From Amoebidium appalachense (Eukaryota > Protista > Ichthyosporea), in the NCBI GenBank assembly GCA_963693365.1, contig CAVNZM010000011.1:3453098-3517097 (forward strand): a stretch of 64,000 nt of DNA, given 5' to 3'. Below, piece by piece: positions 19,026 to 29,368 of the stretch (position 1 is its first letter; each line of letters starts with the position of its first letter). A program made the translations under genes and the position numbers. The notes beneath the pieces were generated by a model, which worked only from the letters and a program-made list of their open reading frames with translations, had not been told where the DNA came from and ran no database searches.

Positions 19026-20531
19026 ATGGCACACGGGCGAGGGAGGGATGTAGTGGAAAGATTTCCCGTGAAGCCGCGCTGCTTTTTCAGGTTCGTAAAG
19101 AAAAATGCAGAACATTTTGTGGAAGAAACGCCGGTCTCCCCCAGCACTCAGACGTACGCATGGACACCGGAAAACGGTTGCCTCTCCCTCTCCCTGGAAA
19201 GCACAGAACCCGACACGATCCCGGTGTATCTTGCCTGTGTTAAACGTCTCCGGTTCGATGCGCAACAGGATGGCTACTCCGTGAATATCGAGTTCGAGAA
19301 CCAAGATAGTCCTGGGATACGCACCTTCGACACAACTTACGATTCGGTTCGAAACTTCATGTTGGACAAGAGGGGCAATGCTTTCAAGGAGATCATGGTG
19401 AAGCACGCCCCATACCAGATCGAGGAGTACAAAAAGAGTACCATCCCTGGGAACCCAACACCCCCATATTTGCAGGAGGATTCGGTAGCAGACTTCTTGT
19501 TTGACAAACTGTACCGCGGGGCCCAACAAATTTCGGGGTCCATAAAAGATTTGATAGGGGTGGGGTCTGTGTGGACTTCGCCTGCAGTAGAGGGGAGAAC
19601 CAATACTATAGTAATGCTACAGACATATCTTCCGAAGTCCACAATTTTCGCCCCCGGAGAATTGCTCCGTACACAACCCAACAACGAGTCAATGACTGTC
19701 CAGCAATCGTTTAGGAATCTCAGGAACGATGGCTTCATGACCACCATATCGATGCCTAAATGGAAGTTCTTTTTTAGGAACGAACTCGCGACAATGTTGT
19801 TCCAATGGCTGACTGACCCCCAACGGGTGCCCTACTTTATTATATACACAGGTGAAGTGCACCATGCTTCTGTCATCATACTCGTTTCAGGTGACAAGTC
19901 GAGTATAGTTCTGGAGTTCTTCAATGTCCATGCCCCGAGTAGCACGTTGACAAAAGCCCTTGTCTCATTCATGAGAAGCGCTGATCCCACAGGCAAGCTG
20001 AAAGACATACTTCGATCCCTCAAACCCGAAAGTGTTTGCACTGATTTGCAAAATCTTCATGGAAAAAGGACATTGTACGACGAATTGTTTGACAGAGACG
20101 AGGTGGTCGATGGGGCCTGTGCGTCTTGGTTGAGTATTTACATACTGCTGCGGACTTCACAAGCCGACTGGTCGTCCATACCGGGTGCGGATGGGCACAC
20201 CATAGGCGAGCGGATCTGCAACTTCATCAAGACGAAAATCGCAAGGGATGGGGGATTCCAAGCGGTCTATAAGGTCGGGGGAACGATCGCGATGTACGGA
20301 AAGCGCCTGGTCGAACTCTACGGGGCTAAGATGTATCAAACTGCGGATTGGTGGGCGCAAGACGGCGTCAATCAACAGGAGCGTTACCGAGAGGTCGTGG
20401 ACATGGTGCTTTCCAAGAAAGTTCTCGTATTGACCGATGCCGAGCTTAAGGATGCAGGACTGCCAACACGCAAGGACGGCGAGCAACTTGTGAACGAGGT
20501 CCGAGAACAAGCGGCGCGCCTCCTCCCCTGA
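19026..20531 (+). CDS. Putative CE-clan (adenain/Ulp1-like) cysteine protease, paralog 1
   Basis: HHASVII..LEFFN...DLQ...DGACASWLSIYILLR gives the H-E-Q-C order. Confidence 0.6.
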   Translation: MAHGRGRDVVERFPVKPRCFFRFVKKNAEHFVEETPVSPSTQTYAWTPENGCLSLSLESTEPDTIPVYLACVKRLRFDAQQDGYSVNIEFENQDSPGIRTFDTTYDSVRNFMLDKRGNAFKEIMVKHAPYQIEEYKKSTIPGNPTPPYLQEDSVADFLFDKLYRGAQQISGSIKDLIGVGSVWTSPAVEGRTNTIVMLQTYLPKSTIFAPGELLRTQPNNESMTVQQSFRNLRNDGFMTTISMPKWKFFFRNELATMLFQWLTDPQRVPYFIIYTGEVHHASVIILVSGDKSSIVLEFFNVHAPSSTLTKALVSFMRSADPTGKLKDILRSLKPESVCTDLQNLHGKRTLYDELFDRDEVVDGACASWLSIYILLRTSQADWSSIPGADGHTIGERICNFIKTKIARDGGFQAVYKVGGTIAMYGKRLVELYGAKMYQTADWWAQDGVNQQERYREVVDMVLSKKVLVLTDAELKDAGLPTRKDGEQLVNEVREQAARLLP

Positions 20532-20573
20532 GGGCATCAAAAGGTCAAGAATTGAGGTGGATTGATCCCTGCC

Positions 20574-20939
20574 TCAGCGGAGGACCTCCCTTCTCAGCGC
20601 AGCGGCCAGCCGCGCGAGCCAGGCGGTGCGGTCGTCGCCCAGGCGTGTGGCAAAGTCGGCATAGGACATCTGTGCCGAGAACCATTGACCCTTCTCCTCG
20701 TTCCAGTAGCGCAGGCCGTTGACATTGGAAACTTCCATGCGCGGGCACCGGCCACATTCGCCAAAACGGGCTGTGTCGGCCTCCCAGCCCGCGGCCAGGC
20801 GCTTGTCATAAAGCAGGGCGGCACAGGCGGGTGCGTCGCAGGGCGGGTCACGACCGAACACCGTGCGCACCGCATCTCGCAGCGCAAGCGCAAGCAGGGT
20901 GGTCACGCAGAGGGCCATGAGCAGGAGTACCAGCTGCAT
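20574..20939 (-). CDS. Small Cys-containing membrane/secreted protein
   Basis: N-terminal hydrophobic segment; a paralog fragment (YDKRLAAWEADT) lies at ~16700-16765. Confidence 0.65.
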   Translation of the reverse strand: MQLVLLLMALCVTTLLALALRDAVRTVFGRDPPCDAPACAALLYDKRLAAGWEADTARFGECGRCPRMEVSNVNGLRYWNEEKGQWFSAQMSYADFATRLGDDRTAWLARLAAALRREVLR

Positions 20940-20987
20940 TGTTACGTCACGGGCGCATTTTGTGCCGGCTTAATCTTCCTGTAGTGC

Positions 20988-21575
20988 ATGCACATCACGC
21001 ACGGCGACCGCTTCGTCAGCCGCAACCTCGCGCTGCTCAGCTGCCCGGTGGAGTGGCCCGAGGACCTGGCCAACACGAGGCACACGGGCATGGGCCTGCG
21101 GTGGCGGCGTGACGGCGACAAGGTCACCGCCATGCTCGGTGAGACACGCATGTACTGGAGGGCGCTGCCCGAGGCCAACGTCGTCACGTTCACCGATGAC
21201 CCGGCTCAGGCGAGCTCTTTTGGGTTCAGCGACTGCCCGCTCCCGCAGCCCAACCACGTTCCCGACACGGGTCTGGCGGGCGTGCGGGTGCGTCTGCACG
21301 ACAAAGACCTGCCGGCTCTCCCCCCACCTAGCGCACCGCCCCAGGGCCGCGTGGAGCTCGGCGTGGCCTTCTCCATCGGCGTGCTCGGCGTGGGGCCCCT
21401 GCCCATGCCCTCGTGGTTTGTGTCCTCGGTCGCAGACACGAGCCCCACCATGCAGTATGGGTTCCGCGGCGTCAACCTTGCGCTGTGCCTGCTGCACGTG
21501 TGGCGCGTGCGCGTGTGCGTGGACCTGTTCCCGTTCCCGGGCCTGACGCTTTTTCTGGCGCTGCTCGAGCTCTGA
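20988..21575 (+). CDS. Hypothetical protein
   Basis: 195-aa ORF with GC3-rich codons. Confidence 0.65.
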   Translation: MHITHGDRFVSRNLALLSCPVEWPEDLANTRHTGMGLRWRRDGDKVTAMLGETRMYWRALPEANVVTFTDDPAQASSFGFSDCPLPQPNHVPDTGLAGVRVRLHDKDLPALPPPSAPPQGRVELGVAFSIGVLGVGPLPMPSWFVSSVADTSPTMQYGFRGVNLALCLLHVWRVRVCVDLFPFPGLTLFLALLEL

Positions 21576-21595
21576 TATTTTGTAGCCATCTATCA

Positions 21596-21991
21596 ATGCG
21601 TGCGCTGCTCCTGTGTCCCCCCCTGCTTGCACTGGTCCTTGCGGCCCCCGAGTGCCTGGTGTTTGCGAGCTCGGCAACCCTTGCGGCAACCACCGCGCAC
21701 GTGCCGCCCAGCTCCACTGCCGAAACAAAGACGTGGTGGGCGACCCTGACGCACGTGGAGACCGTTGCAGCCACCACCACAGCCGCCGCTTCGATTCAAA
21801 CCATCGAAACCACCTCGGCCTCGGAAACTCCCACCGAAACGGACACCGACGTATTCGAGATCCCCACCTCCATCACTGAAGGCGACCCAACCGACGAACC
21901 CATGCCCACGATGCCCGTGGACCCGCCCGCACCACCCGCCGGGGTGAACGCATCCAACTGGGAGTGCCGTTGCACGCTCATCAGACGTTAA
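21596..21991 (+). CDS. Secreted Thr/Pro-rich mucin-like protein
   Basis: Signal peptide MRALLLCPPLLALVLA; Thr-rich body; WECRC end. Confidence 0.7.
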   Translation: MRALLLCPPLLALVLAAPECLVFASSATLAATTAHVPPSSTAETKTWWATLTHVETVAATTTAAASIQTIETTSASETPTETDTDVFEIPTSITEGDPTDEPMPTMPVDPPAPPAGVNASNWECRCTLIRR

Positions 21992-22071
21992 TCATTTCTC
22001 GGAAAACCAGAGTTGGCCTGTCCATTCTTTGTTTTGTTCAGCCACGCCAGCTTTTAATTTGCGCAAGAAGA

Positions 22072-22575
22072 ATGGACTTGTCAAATGCGATTGCCTTAAT
22101 CATTCTAATGCTTACTATCGGTGTGTTGGCATGGGCATACATCAAGTACGAACCCAAACCTGCCCCTGGCAAAAACGACAGTACCCCTAAGCCTGGCCCC
22201 GGCAAAAACGACAGTACCCCTGCAGTCGCACGGACACAGTGGTATGCTTTCGACCAAGTGGGGGACCACAGCACGGACAACACGTTTAACGACTGGCAAG
22301 ACCCGGTGAACTATGGGTACACGTCGGCCAGTCAGTGCATTAACCGATGCCAATCTATGAGCGGATGCCAACAGGTGGGCTATTCGCCATGGCAGGATAT
22401 GGACGGGAAGCGGCCAAAAGGCTATTGCTACATGAGAAAAGCCGTCAAGAAATGGCCGTTGGATGCGTGGTCAAACAAGTCCGGTGTGGCTGCATCGGAA
22501 TCGCAGGTCACGTATGTGATGGCCGCACAAGTGCCGGAGAGCGAGAAGCAACATGGCAAGCTGGTTGAGTTCTAG
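22072..22575 (+). CDS. Membrane-anchored PAN/apple-domain protein
   Basis: N-terminal TM, PKPxPGKNDST x2 linker, SASQCINRCQSMSGCQQVGY...GYCYMRK. Confidence 0.7.
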   Translation: MDLSNAIALIILMLTIGVLAWAYIKYEPKPAPGKNDSTPKPGPGKNDSTPAVARTQWYAFDQVGDHSTDNTFNDWQDPVNYGYTSASQCINRCQSMSGCQQVGYSPWQDMDGKRPKGYCYMRKAVKKWPLDAWSNKSGVAASESQVTYVMAAQVPESEKQHGKLVEF

Positions 22576-22753
22576 CATGAATCAGATGAACAAATGTAAG
22601 AAAGGCTGGCATTTCCATTGCCCCCTGGTTTGGGTGCACGCTGCTACAAAGATATTTGGCAACCTTGTTTTTCTTTGTCGTGTATATGGCCAATTTGATG
22701 GCTGTTTGATCTTGTGTCTAGAGCTGGCTTCTTTTTTATTGTGCCCCAATGTA

Positions 22754-24111
22754 ATGTCGCATGCGCGCTCCCGCATCCTTGACGACATGGCGTCCCACAT
22801 CGATTTCTCGGCAGCCGTGGCGCGCCGGGCAGCGTTCCCGCACGGGCCAGCCCTGCCCTCGGCCCCCCGCAGCGTGTCGGTGCCGAGCGAGGCGCCCCCG
22901 CGTGTCGAGCCCCCGCAGCCGCCGCAGGGCCAGTGGCGCTACCACTTCGTGACGGGCGGGTCCGAGTGCCGGCCGCTGCAGGTGGAGTTTCCCGCCACCC
23001 AGTCCGTGCACGGCATCCGTGTTGAGGGCATCAAGGCGCACAGCGTGTACGACGTGTGCGAGGGCGCCAACAAGCTCACGCTGTCGCTGTCGTACCTGGA
23101 CTCGCCCGACGGCCGGCCCCCAGGCATGTGGGTGAAGGCGTCCACCGACGTGTACCTGCCTGTGGGCAACTACACCCTGGACACCCTGTGCGCCGAACTC
23201 GAGATGCGTCTGGACGCCGCCATCGCCGCATGCTTCAACCCCAGCTACAGCCCCGAGGAGGTGGCGGACATTTTGGAGATGTACCCGGACACGCTGCCCT
23301 ACTACGCCAGCGTCACACACACGGAGCGGTTGCGCCGGGACGCCGAGCGCAACGGCGAGGCGTGGACCAGGCACCAGGACTTTGTGTGCAAGACGCGGTG
23401 GGCGCCACGCCGGCAGGGCCCGCGCGACGAGATCGCATTCGAGGCGCTGATGCTCGCGCAGCTGTACTACAGGGAGAACGCATGGGCGTGGCGTGAGCTG
23501 GCCAACGAGCGTGACACCCACGGGCGCATCCAGTGGCCGTTCCACAACACGCTGTACAACCTCATGACGCCCTCGAAGCTCGCGCTGCCCGGGCGACTGG
23601 TCATCAGCATCCACCACCGCAAGAACATGGACCCGGACACCATGAAGCACTGGCTGCCGTATGCGTCGGTGCCGACGTTCTCGCTTGACGTGTGCCGGGG
23701 GCTCGGGAGCGTGCTGGGAATGGCGGCCGGCGCGCACGTCAGCCACAGCCTGACAGCGGGGCTGCCTCCGCTGGCCCGCTACTTCGACGGGCGAGACCAT
23801 GCGGCCGTGGAGGAGGGCGACCAGCAGCTGCCGTGCCAGGGCGACAACATCCAGTGCGTGTTTGGGACGGATGCACCCCTGGGCCCGCGGGGGCGCTCAT
23901 GGTGCACGTCATGCAGGGCGAGACGAACCTGCAGGGGCGCATCATGGCGCCGGGCGTGCAGGGGGCGGCGGGCGGGGCGGTGGACGACATGCTGGCGAGC
24001 CCGCAGATCTTGGGGACGCTGGACCACGTCGACACGCTGCGGCTGGTGGTGGTGGACGAGACCGGGACAAGGGTGACTGGCTGTTTCTCGGCGCTGGTCG
24101 CGGTTAAATAA
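22754..24111 (+). pseudogene. Second penton-like gene, one frameshift near 23890
   Basis: SVHGIRVEGIKAH, VYLPVGNYTLDTLCAELE; C-terminus DTLRLVVVDETG..VTGCFSALVAVK is in another frame after a G5 run. Paralogous to the ends of 4525..7152. Confidence 0.6.
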
Positions 24112-24138
24112 AAGAGACTCCCAGATAATTCCTGACCT

Positions 24139-24654
24139 CTACCCGCCCATAGCCGCCCTGTCAGCGGGGCGTTCAACCTGTGGGAACCTAGGCACGAACG
24201 AGAAGGACTCGAATGTCGCGTACGCCGCACGGCGCGCCACAGCCATGCCGCAGTGACGCGCGCGCTCCTGGAACTGCTGGTAGCGGTCGGTGTACTGGGG
24301 ATCGGACGACGTCTCCATGAGGAACACGCCAAACCTGTCCTCCTCCTCGTCACCGAAGAAGATGATGTTGACGACGACGGGGACCCCCTCGAGCCGCCCG
24401 ACCATGAGCCAGTTGTAGTGCCCCCTCCCATGGATCATCCAGGGCTCCCGCGCCTGTGCGCTTTCGATCAAGAACAGAAACGACTCCTGCCCGGACAACA
24501 CATCCTCGCACGGCAGTGTCAGCTGCAAGTAGAATATGTTCGGCTGGCCCAGCCGTGGTATCATTTCGGCCAAATCCGAGCCGCCGTCGATAAACACCTC
24601 GTGGTCGTAATCCGCGTCCCATCCCCATGTGGCCTGTGAAGTCCCGATTCCCAT
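24139..24654 (-). CDS. Putative myristoylated hypothetical protein
   Basis: Starts MGIGTS (MGxxxS); upstream part of the tracked ORF is antisense to the resolvase. Confidence 0.65.
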   Translation of the reverse strand: MGIGTSQATWGWDADYDHEVFIDGGSDLAEMIPRLGQPNIFYLQLTLPCEDVLSGQESFLFLIESAQAREPWMIHGRGHYNWLMVGRLEGVPVVVNIIFFGDEEEDRFGVFLMETSSDPQYTDRYQQFQERARHCGMAVARRAAYATFESFSFVPRFPQVERPADRAAMGG

Positions 24655-24732
24655 GCCTGTGCCAACAATATTCTTGTAAACGAGTTGGGCAGGGAAGCAT
24701 AAAAGGGAATCCCCCAACCCCCCACCCTCACA

Positions 24733-25309
24733 ATGCGTGTGGCCGCCATCGACATCGGCTTCCTGAACCTGGTGGTGTGCGTGCTCAGCACGACCGACGA
24801 CCCCGCGCACGCCCTTCATCATCCACACGTGGGACCGCTGGCTCGTGGGCAACCCGGACACCACGGCCACGGTGCTGGTGGAGCTGCTGCTGCGCCGGCT
24901 GCACGAGGACCGCGCGCTGTTCGCGGACGTCGACATGGTCGTCATCGAGCGCCAGATGGTCACCAAGCTGAGCGTGCTGGCGCACGCGCTGCAGGCGTAC
25001 TTCCTCACCCTCAGATTGACCAATGGCCACGGGCCCGGCGTGGTGCTGCAGCACGGCACGCGCAAGAACCAGTGCGGGGCGTGGCTCGCCCGCCACGGAA
25101 TGGCTCCTGCGGAGACGGGCAAGGCGGGGTATGCGGTGTACAAGCGGCGTGCGGTGGTCGACACGCAGCAAGCGCTCAAGCTGCAGAGTGAGCAGGGGTG
25201 GCGGGACAAGTTTGGGCGGGAGGGCAAGAAGGACGACATGGCGGATGCGCTGCTGCACGGTCTGTGGTACCTGTTCTGTCGGAATCAGAAGGGGGGGGTC
25301 ACGCGGTGA
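24733..25309 (+). pseudogene. A22R: RuvC-like Holliday junction resolvase (poxvirus A22 family), frameshift at ~24800-24812
   Basis: MRVAAIDIGFLNL in one frame; VVIERQ and KKDDMADALL in another. All catalytic motifs present. Confidence 0.88.
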
Positions 25310-25354
25310 AAGCAGGCAGACAGTGTTCAAAATAAAGTTGGCAATCGCCCCTGC

Positions 25355-26884
25355 TCATGCGAGCACACTTGCATTCGGAGTTGTCGCTGCTGCGTTCGCG
25401 ATGTCTTCCACAAGCCGCTCTCCATCCCTGCGCCTCGGCAGTCCTGCGGCTTCAAGCTCGGCATCGGTCAACACGACCGTTTTCTTGGTTATTACCTCTT
25501 GTATTACCTGTGTGTACCGTGGGTCATCAAGATTCGGCTGCACCACATATATGTCTGCTTCATGCATCTTAGCCCAGTAGAGTTCGGTCAGTTGCTTCCC
25601 GTACAGGGACAGCACGGCCCCGATTTTGTAGACTGCCCGGAATCCTCTGTCCACCTTCCCAAGCTTTGTCGTTATATGATTGCAGACCCGTTCCCCAATG
25701 GTGTTTCCATTGCCCAGTTGGGAACCCCAGTCGAAGCTTGACGTGCGCAGGAGTATGTAGACCATCAACCAGGAGGCACATGCCGAGTCGTGTATTTCGT
25801 TTCTATCGACAAGTCCCTCATACAAAACCCTTGCAACACTTTTCTGAAGGCTCTTACATACAGATTCGTGTTGGTAGGTGCGCAGAACTTTAGAGCTTTC
25901 AGTGTAACCGGCCCCCTCAAGGAACATACAGAGGGCGTCAGCGATTAGCCCTGCCGGGGCAGTCATGTTAAAGCACTCGACCACCTTGACTTGCGAATCG
26001 ATAATGATAACAGAAGCATGCTCTGGGCTCGACACATGCATTATATAGTAGCGCTCACGTTCTTGGCTTTTCAGCCATGAAGAGAGGTTCGACACAAATT
26101 CTTTCGGGCATCTGAAACCCCACTTTCCTGCTGACACCTTCCAAGTGGACATTTTACCATTGTCCGTCACAACACCGACTGCTGGTGTGGACTTGGGGAC
26201 AGCATCACTATTATGCTCTATTTTGAGGGATGTGCCAGGGGATGTGCCAGGGGAAAAACGAACAGATTTTGGCAGATAGGTTTGCAGCAGTACGAAGGTG
26301 TTGTCCCGAGACATAGAGCGACACCCTGCCACAGCCGGTGAGGCATCAATGGAGCCAACCCCAATCAGCTCGGTCAGTGACTTCTGAAGATCAACGAGAC
26401 CGTTGTACCAGTCAAATAGAAGTGGCCACGTTTTTTGTATGTCCTCCATCATGTCCGAGGGCGTAGGTCTTCCAGGGACAATAGCCTGTTTGTACTTTTC
26501 GGCCACGTAGGGAGCACACTTCACCACAATCGACCCGAAACGGTGCTTCCGCTGGTCCACGAGAAACCGGCTTTTTGAATCATACCTTACAGCAAACTTG
26601 TATTCCGTACCAGCTGTTTGACGCATACAAATAAACAACAATCTGTAGCCACCCAGCCCTGCTTCAAAAACCAGAGATGTAACACAGGTCAGACAGACTG
26701 GTTCGACATCATTTTGAGTGCTCCACAAGTTGATGGAGAGACAGACGTCCCCCATAGCCCACTTGTATGTCTGGGTGTTGCGGGGTTTCAGATGTGCGTC
26801 TTCCAACTTGAAATGTTGGGTATTGCGTTTGACAAACTTGAAGAAGCAGTAGGGCTTTACCGACAATGTCTGTGTTGAAGCCAT
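25355..26884 (-). CDS. Putative CE-clan cysteine protease, paralog 2
   Basis: EHASVIIID..VECFN...SLQ...SACASWLMVYILLRTS; collinear with 19026..20531 over its whole length. Confidence 0.6.
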   Translation of the reverse strand: MASTQTLSVKPYCFFKFVKRNTQHFKLEDAHLKPRNTQTYKWAMGDVCLSINLWSTQNDVEPVCLTCVTSLVFEAGLGGYRLLFICMRQTAGTEYKFAVRYDSKSRFLVDQRKHRFGSIVVKCAPYVAEKYKQAIVPGRPTPSDMMEDIQKTWPLLFDWYNGLVDLQKSLTELIGVGSIDASPAVAGCRSMSRDNTFVLLQTYLPKSVRFSPGTSPGTSLKIEHNSDAVPKSTPAVGVVTDNGKMSTWKVSAGKWGFRCPKEFVSNLSSWLKSQERERYYIMHVSSPEHASVIIIDSQVKVVECFNMTAPAGLIADALCMFLEGAGYTESSKVLRTYQHESVCKSLQKSVARVLYEGLVDRNEIHDSACASWLMVYILLRTSSFDWGSQLGNGNTIGERVCNHITTKLGKVDRGFRAVYKIGAVLSLYGKQLTELYWAKMHEADIYVVQPNLDDPRYTQVIQEVITKKTVVLTDAELEAAGLPRRRDGERLVEDIANAAATTPNASVLA

Positions 26885-27007
26885 CTACACAACAGCCGAA
26901 TTTTTCGACATATGGGTGGTTCCCTGGGACAGTTTCGGATGGGTTCCCGCGTGGGGTGGGGGGGGGGGGGATTGCGTCCATTCTGTGACCGATATATGCA
27001 AAAGAGT

Positions 27008-27415
27008 TTATATCCCTGCTGCACCGATGCCAGCAGGCTTGACGCAGCAGAAGTCCGGCGCGCACGGCATCGACGTGGCCCTGCGCCGCTTGCACCGCAG
27101 CACCCCGCCGGTCTTGGGGTCCGGTCGGTAGAGGTTGCAGCCCACAAACTGGTTGCACGGCACGAGCGACGGATTCTGCGGCACCACCGTGCGGCACAGC
27201 CACCCGCACCCCACCCCCGGCACCGGCACCTGCGAGCACACGGGCGCTGCGGTGGCCGTCTGCGCAACGAGCCGTGTGCATCTGGATGGTTGGGTGAGGG
27301 TGGGCGTCGGGGTGGTTGGCGCCGGCGTCGGGGGGGCCGTCACGTTCACGTAGCTGGCGGCGGCGGCGGCGGCTTGTGCAAGTAGGGCAACGAGCACGTA
27401 CATTACCGTGTGCAT
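27008..27415 (-). CDS. Secreted Cys-rich protein with PT stalk
   Basis: Signal peptide, TAPPTPAPTTPTPT, ~10 Cys. Confidence 0.7.
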   Translation of the reverse strand: MHTVMYVLVALLAQAAAAAASYVNVTAPPTPAPTTPTPTLTQPSRCTRLVAQTATAAPVCSQVPVPGVGCGWLCRTVVPQNPSLVPCNQFVGCNLYRPDPKTGGVLRCKRRRATSMPCAPDFCCVKPAGIGAAGI

Positions 27416-27514
27416 GGATAATAGTTGTGGGCGCAGGGGTGTTCTTGTTTGTTGGGGGGTGGGGGGCGGGAGGTCCCAGAGCTGGTTGTGTTCTATTTAT
27501 TGGGGCCTGCACAT

Positions 27515-27976
27515 ATGAACTGGCCGGTGGAAAAGAGGGTGCTGTCCAACCCGGGGGACCTGCAAGCCTTTGTCGACGACCCAACGTGGTTTCATCCCGC
27601 CCAGCCGGGCATTGCGGGTGGGGTCCAGACCCGAGCACTGGGTGTAGTCCGCATCGTCTACCCGCAGCCGCCCGAGCCCACGGACGAATTCGGCAACATT
27701 CGCAGGGGCAGAATGTCGGTGCTGACTGCCCCACTCAGGTTTGTGTGCAAGCACACGCACTTCATCGATGCCTGGTATGACCCTCCACGCGTGATGGATG
27801 ATGGCCGCGCGACGGGCTTCTGGGAGTTTGCAATTGATGCGGGGCATGACTGGGTCGATGACAGGCGGCTCATGGTCACGTACAGCGCTGCACTGAATGC
27901 CTTTCAGTGGATGATGGTCTTTGACCTGGATATCCAGCCTTATATTATTTATGGTTCCCTGTTCTCGCTTTATTGA
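27515..27976 (+). CDS. Hypothetical protein
   Basis: ORF from MNWPVEK, aromatic-rich globular composition. Confidence 0.65.
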   Translation: MNWPVEKRVLSNPGDLQAFVDDPTWFHPAQPGIAGGVQTRALGVVRIVYPQPPEPTDEFGNIRRGRMSVLTAPLRFVCKHTHFIDAWYDPPRVMDDGRATGFWEFAIDAGHDWVDDRRLMVTYSAALNAFQWMMVFDLDIQPYIIYGSLFSLY

Positions 27977-28012
27977 TGCTCAGCCTGGTTGGTGTGCCTC
28001 GGCCACTATACT

Positions 28013-28930
28013 CTACACAACGTGCTTCGCCAGGAAGCTCACAGGGTACAGCTTGACCGTGCGCACGTCCCCGTTGACCACCATCTGCGTCGTCTCGGGC
28101 TCGCACCCCATCTCGTCACGCCAGGCCTTGCTGACCATGCGGCCGAGCGCAGTGGCGGACTTGCACTTGATGCCACGGTCGACCACAAATTTCCCTACCG
28201 TGACATGGTCGGAGAGGGTGGTGCCTTCGATGGCTCGCAGACCCTGGTTGGGGAGCAGCATGTTGGAGACCGAGTCGTTGACGAGCTGACGCATGCGCGG
28301 ATCACGGTCCAGCCCCAGGCGCTCAAGCAGCGCCTCGTACTGGACGAGGTTGTCCATAGCCATCTTCTGGTTCTCCCTCTCGAGACGCGTGATCTCCGCC
28401 TCCTCCCGGCGCAGACGCAGCCTCCGCTCCTCCTCCAGCTCCTCGCGGCGGCGCTTGCGGTCAGGGGTCTCGTCCGTGCCGTTGCGGAAGAACTCGCGCT
28501 CCTCGGGGGTGCTGTTGTCGTAGCGGGCCTCGATCTCCTCGATGAGAAGCAAATCGCCAGAGAGGAGGCGCGCCATGTACTGGGCAGAAGTCTTACGGAA
28601 ATCATGAGCGCGCTTGCCGGGGAGCAGGTAGATGATCTCGAGGAGGGTGCGGAAGGGGGCAACCGGGGTAAGTTTGCCAGTGCCATTGATCCGGACTTGG
28701 GGACACAGAGTCCCCATCTTTTCCTCGAGTTGTTTGTAGTCATCGGACAACTGAATTCGCTGCCACGACTTCTTGGCCGCTTCGTTGCTCTCCAAGATCA
28801 GCTGCAGAACATCGAGGACACTTGCCATCTTGCTGGCTTTGTCGACGCGGACCGTTGCATCCTTGAACTGGGGGAACTCCTTCCACAGAAGCGACATGTC
28901 CACCTTTGAGTTGCTCTGTCCGGTAGCCAT
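28013..28930 (-). CDS. Bro-N-like DNA-binding protein
   Basis: ASVLDVL..W..I...RINGTGKLTPVA...EIIYLLPGKRAHDFR...RLLSGD..LIEEIE pattern seen in NCLDV Bro-like proteins; coiled coil follows. Confidence 0.75.
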   Translation of the reverse strand: MATGQSNSKVDMSLLWKEFPQFKDATVRVDKASKMASVLDVLQLILESNEAAKKSWQRIQLSDDYKQLEEKMGTLCPQVRINGTGKLTPVAPFRTLLEIIYLLPGKRAHDFRKTSAQYMARLLSGDLLLIEEIEARYDNSTPEEREFFRNGTDETPDRKRRREELEEERRLRLRREEAEITRLERENQKMAMDNLVQYEALLERLGLDRDPRMRQLVNDSVSNMLLPNQGLRAIEGTTLSDHVTVGKFVVDRGIKCKSATALGRMVSKAWRDEMGCEPETTQMVVNGDVRTVKLYPVSFLAKHVV

Positions 28931-29368
28931 GCTGTGTCAGACTGACCCCAGGTGGCCGTGTGTGCTCCTTTTATACCTGCGCGTGGCACCCTCAGTCGTG
29001 CTGAGGATAGGTTGGTGAGCATACTTGACTTGAAAGAACTTGAGGGATCGCCAAATCTCAAAAGCTTTTGATTTCTTCTTCGTACTGCGGCCCTGCGCGG
29101 GGCTGGGAGGGGCTGGGAGGGGCTGGGGGTGGCTGGGGGTGCCTCGTCTGCCTCGCATGCCACGCATGCCTCGCGCGCAGAACGGCTGTGTGCGCCGTGT
29201 GCGCGTGTGCCCGTGTGCCCGTGTGCCTCGCATGCCTCGCGTGCCTCGCGCGGGGTGTGTTCGTGCTTCCTCTATTGTTCCTCGTGTGCCCCCCACAGCC
29301 ACCCCAGCCACCCAGGGCCCGGTGGGGGGGGGATTCTCCTCGTTTGATTTGAGTGGTCGTGTCATTTT

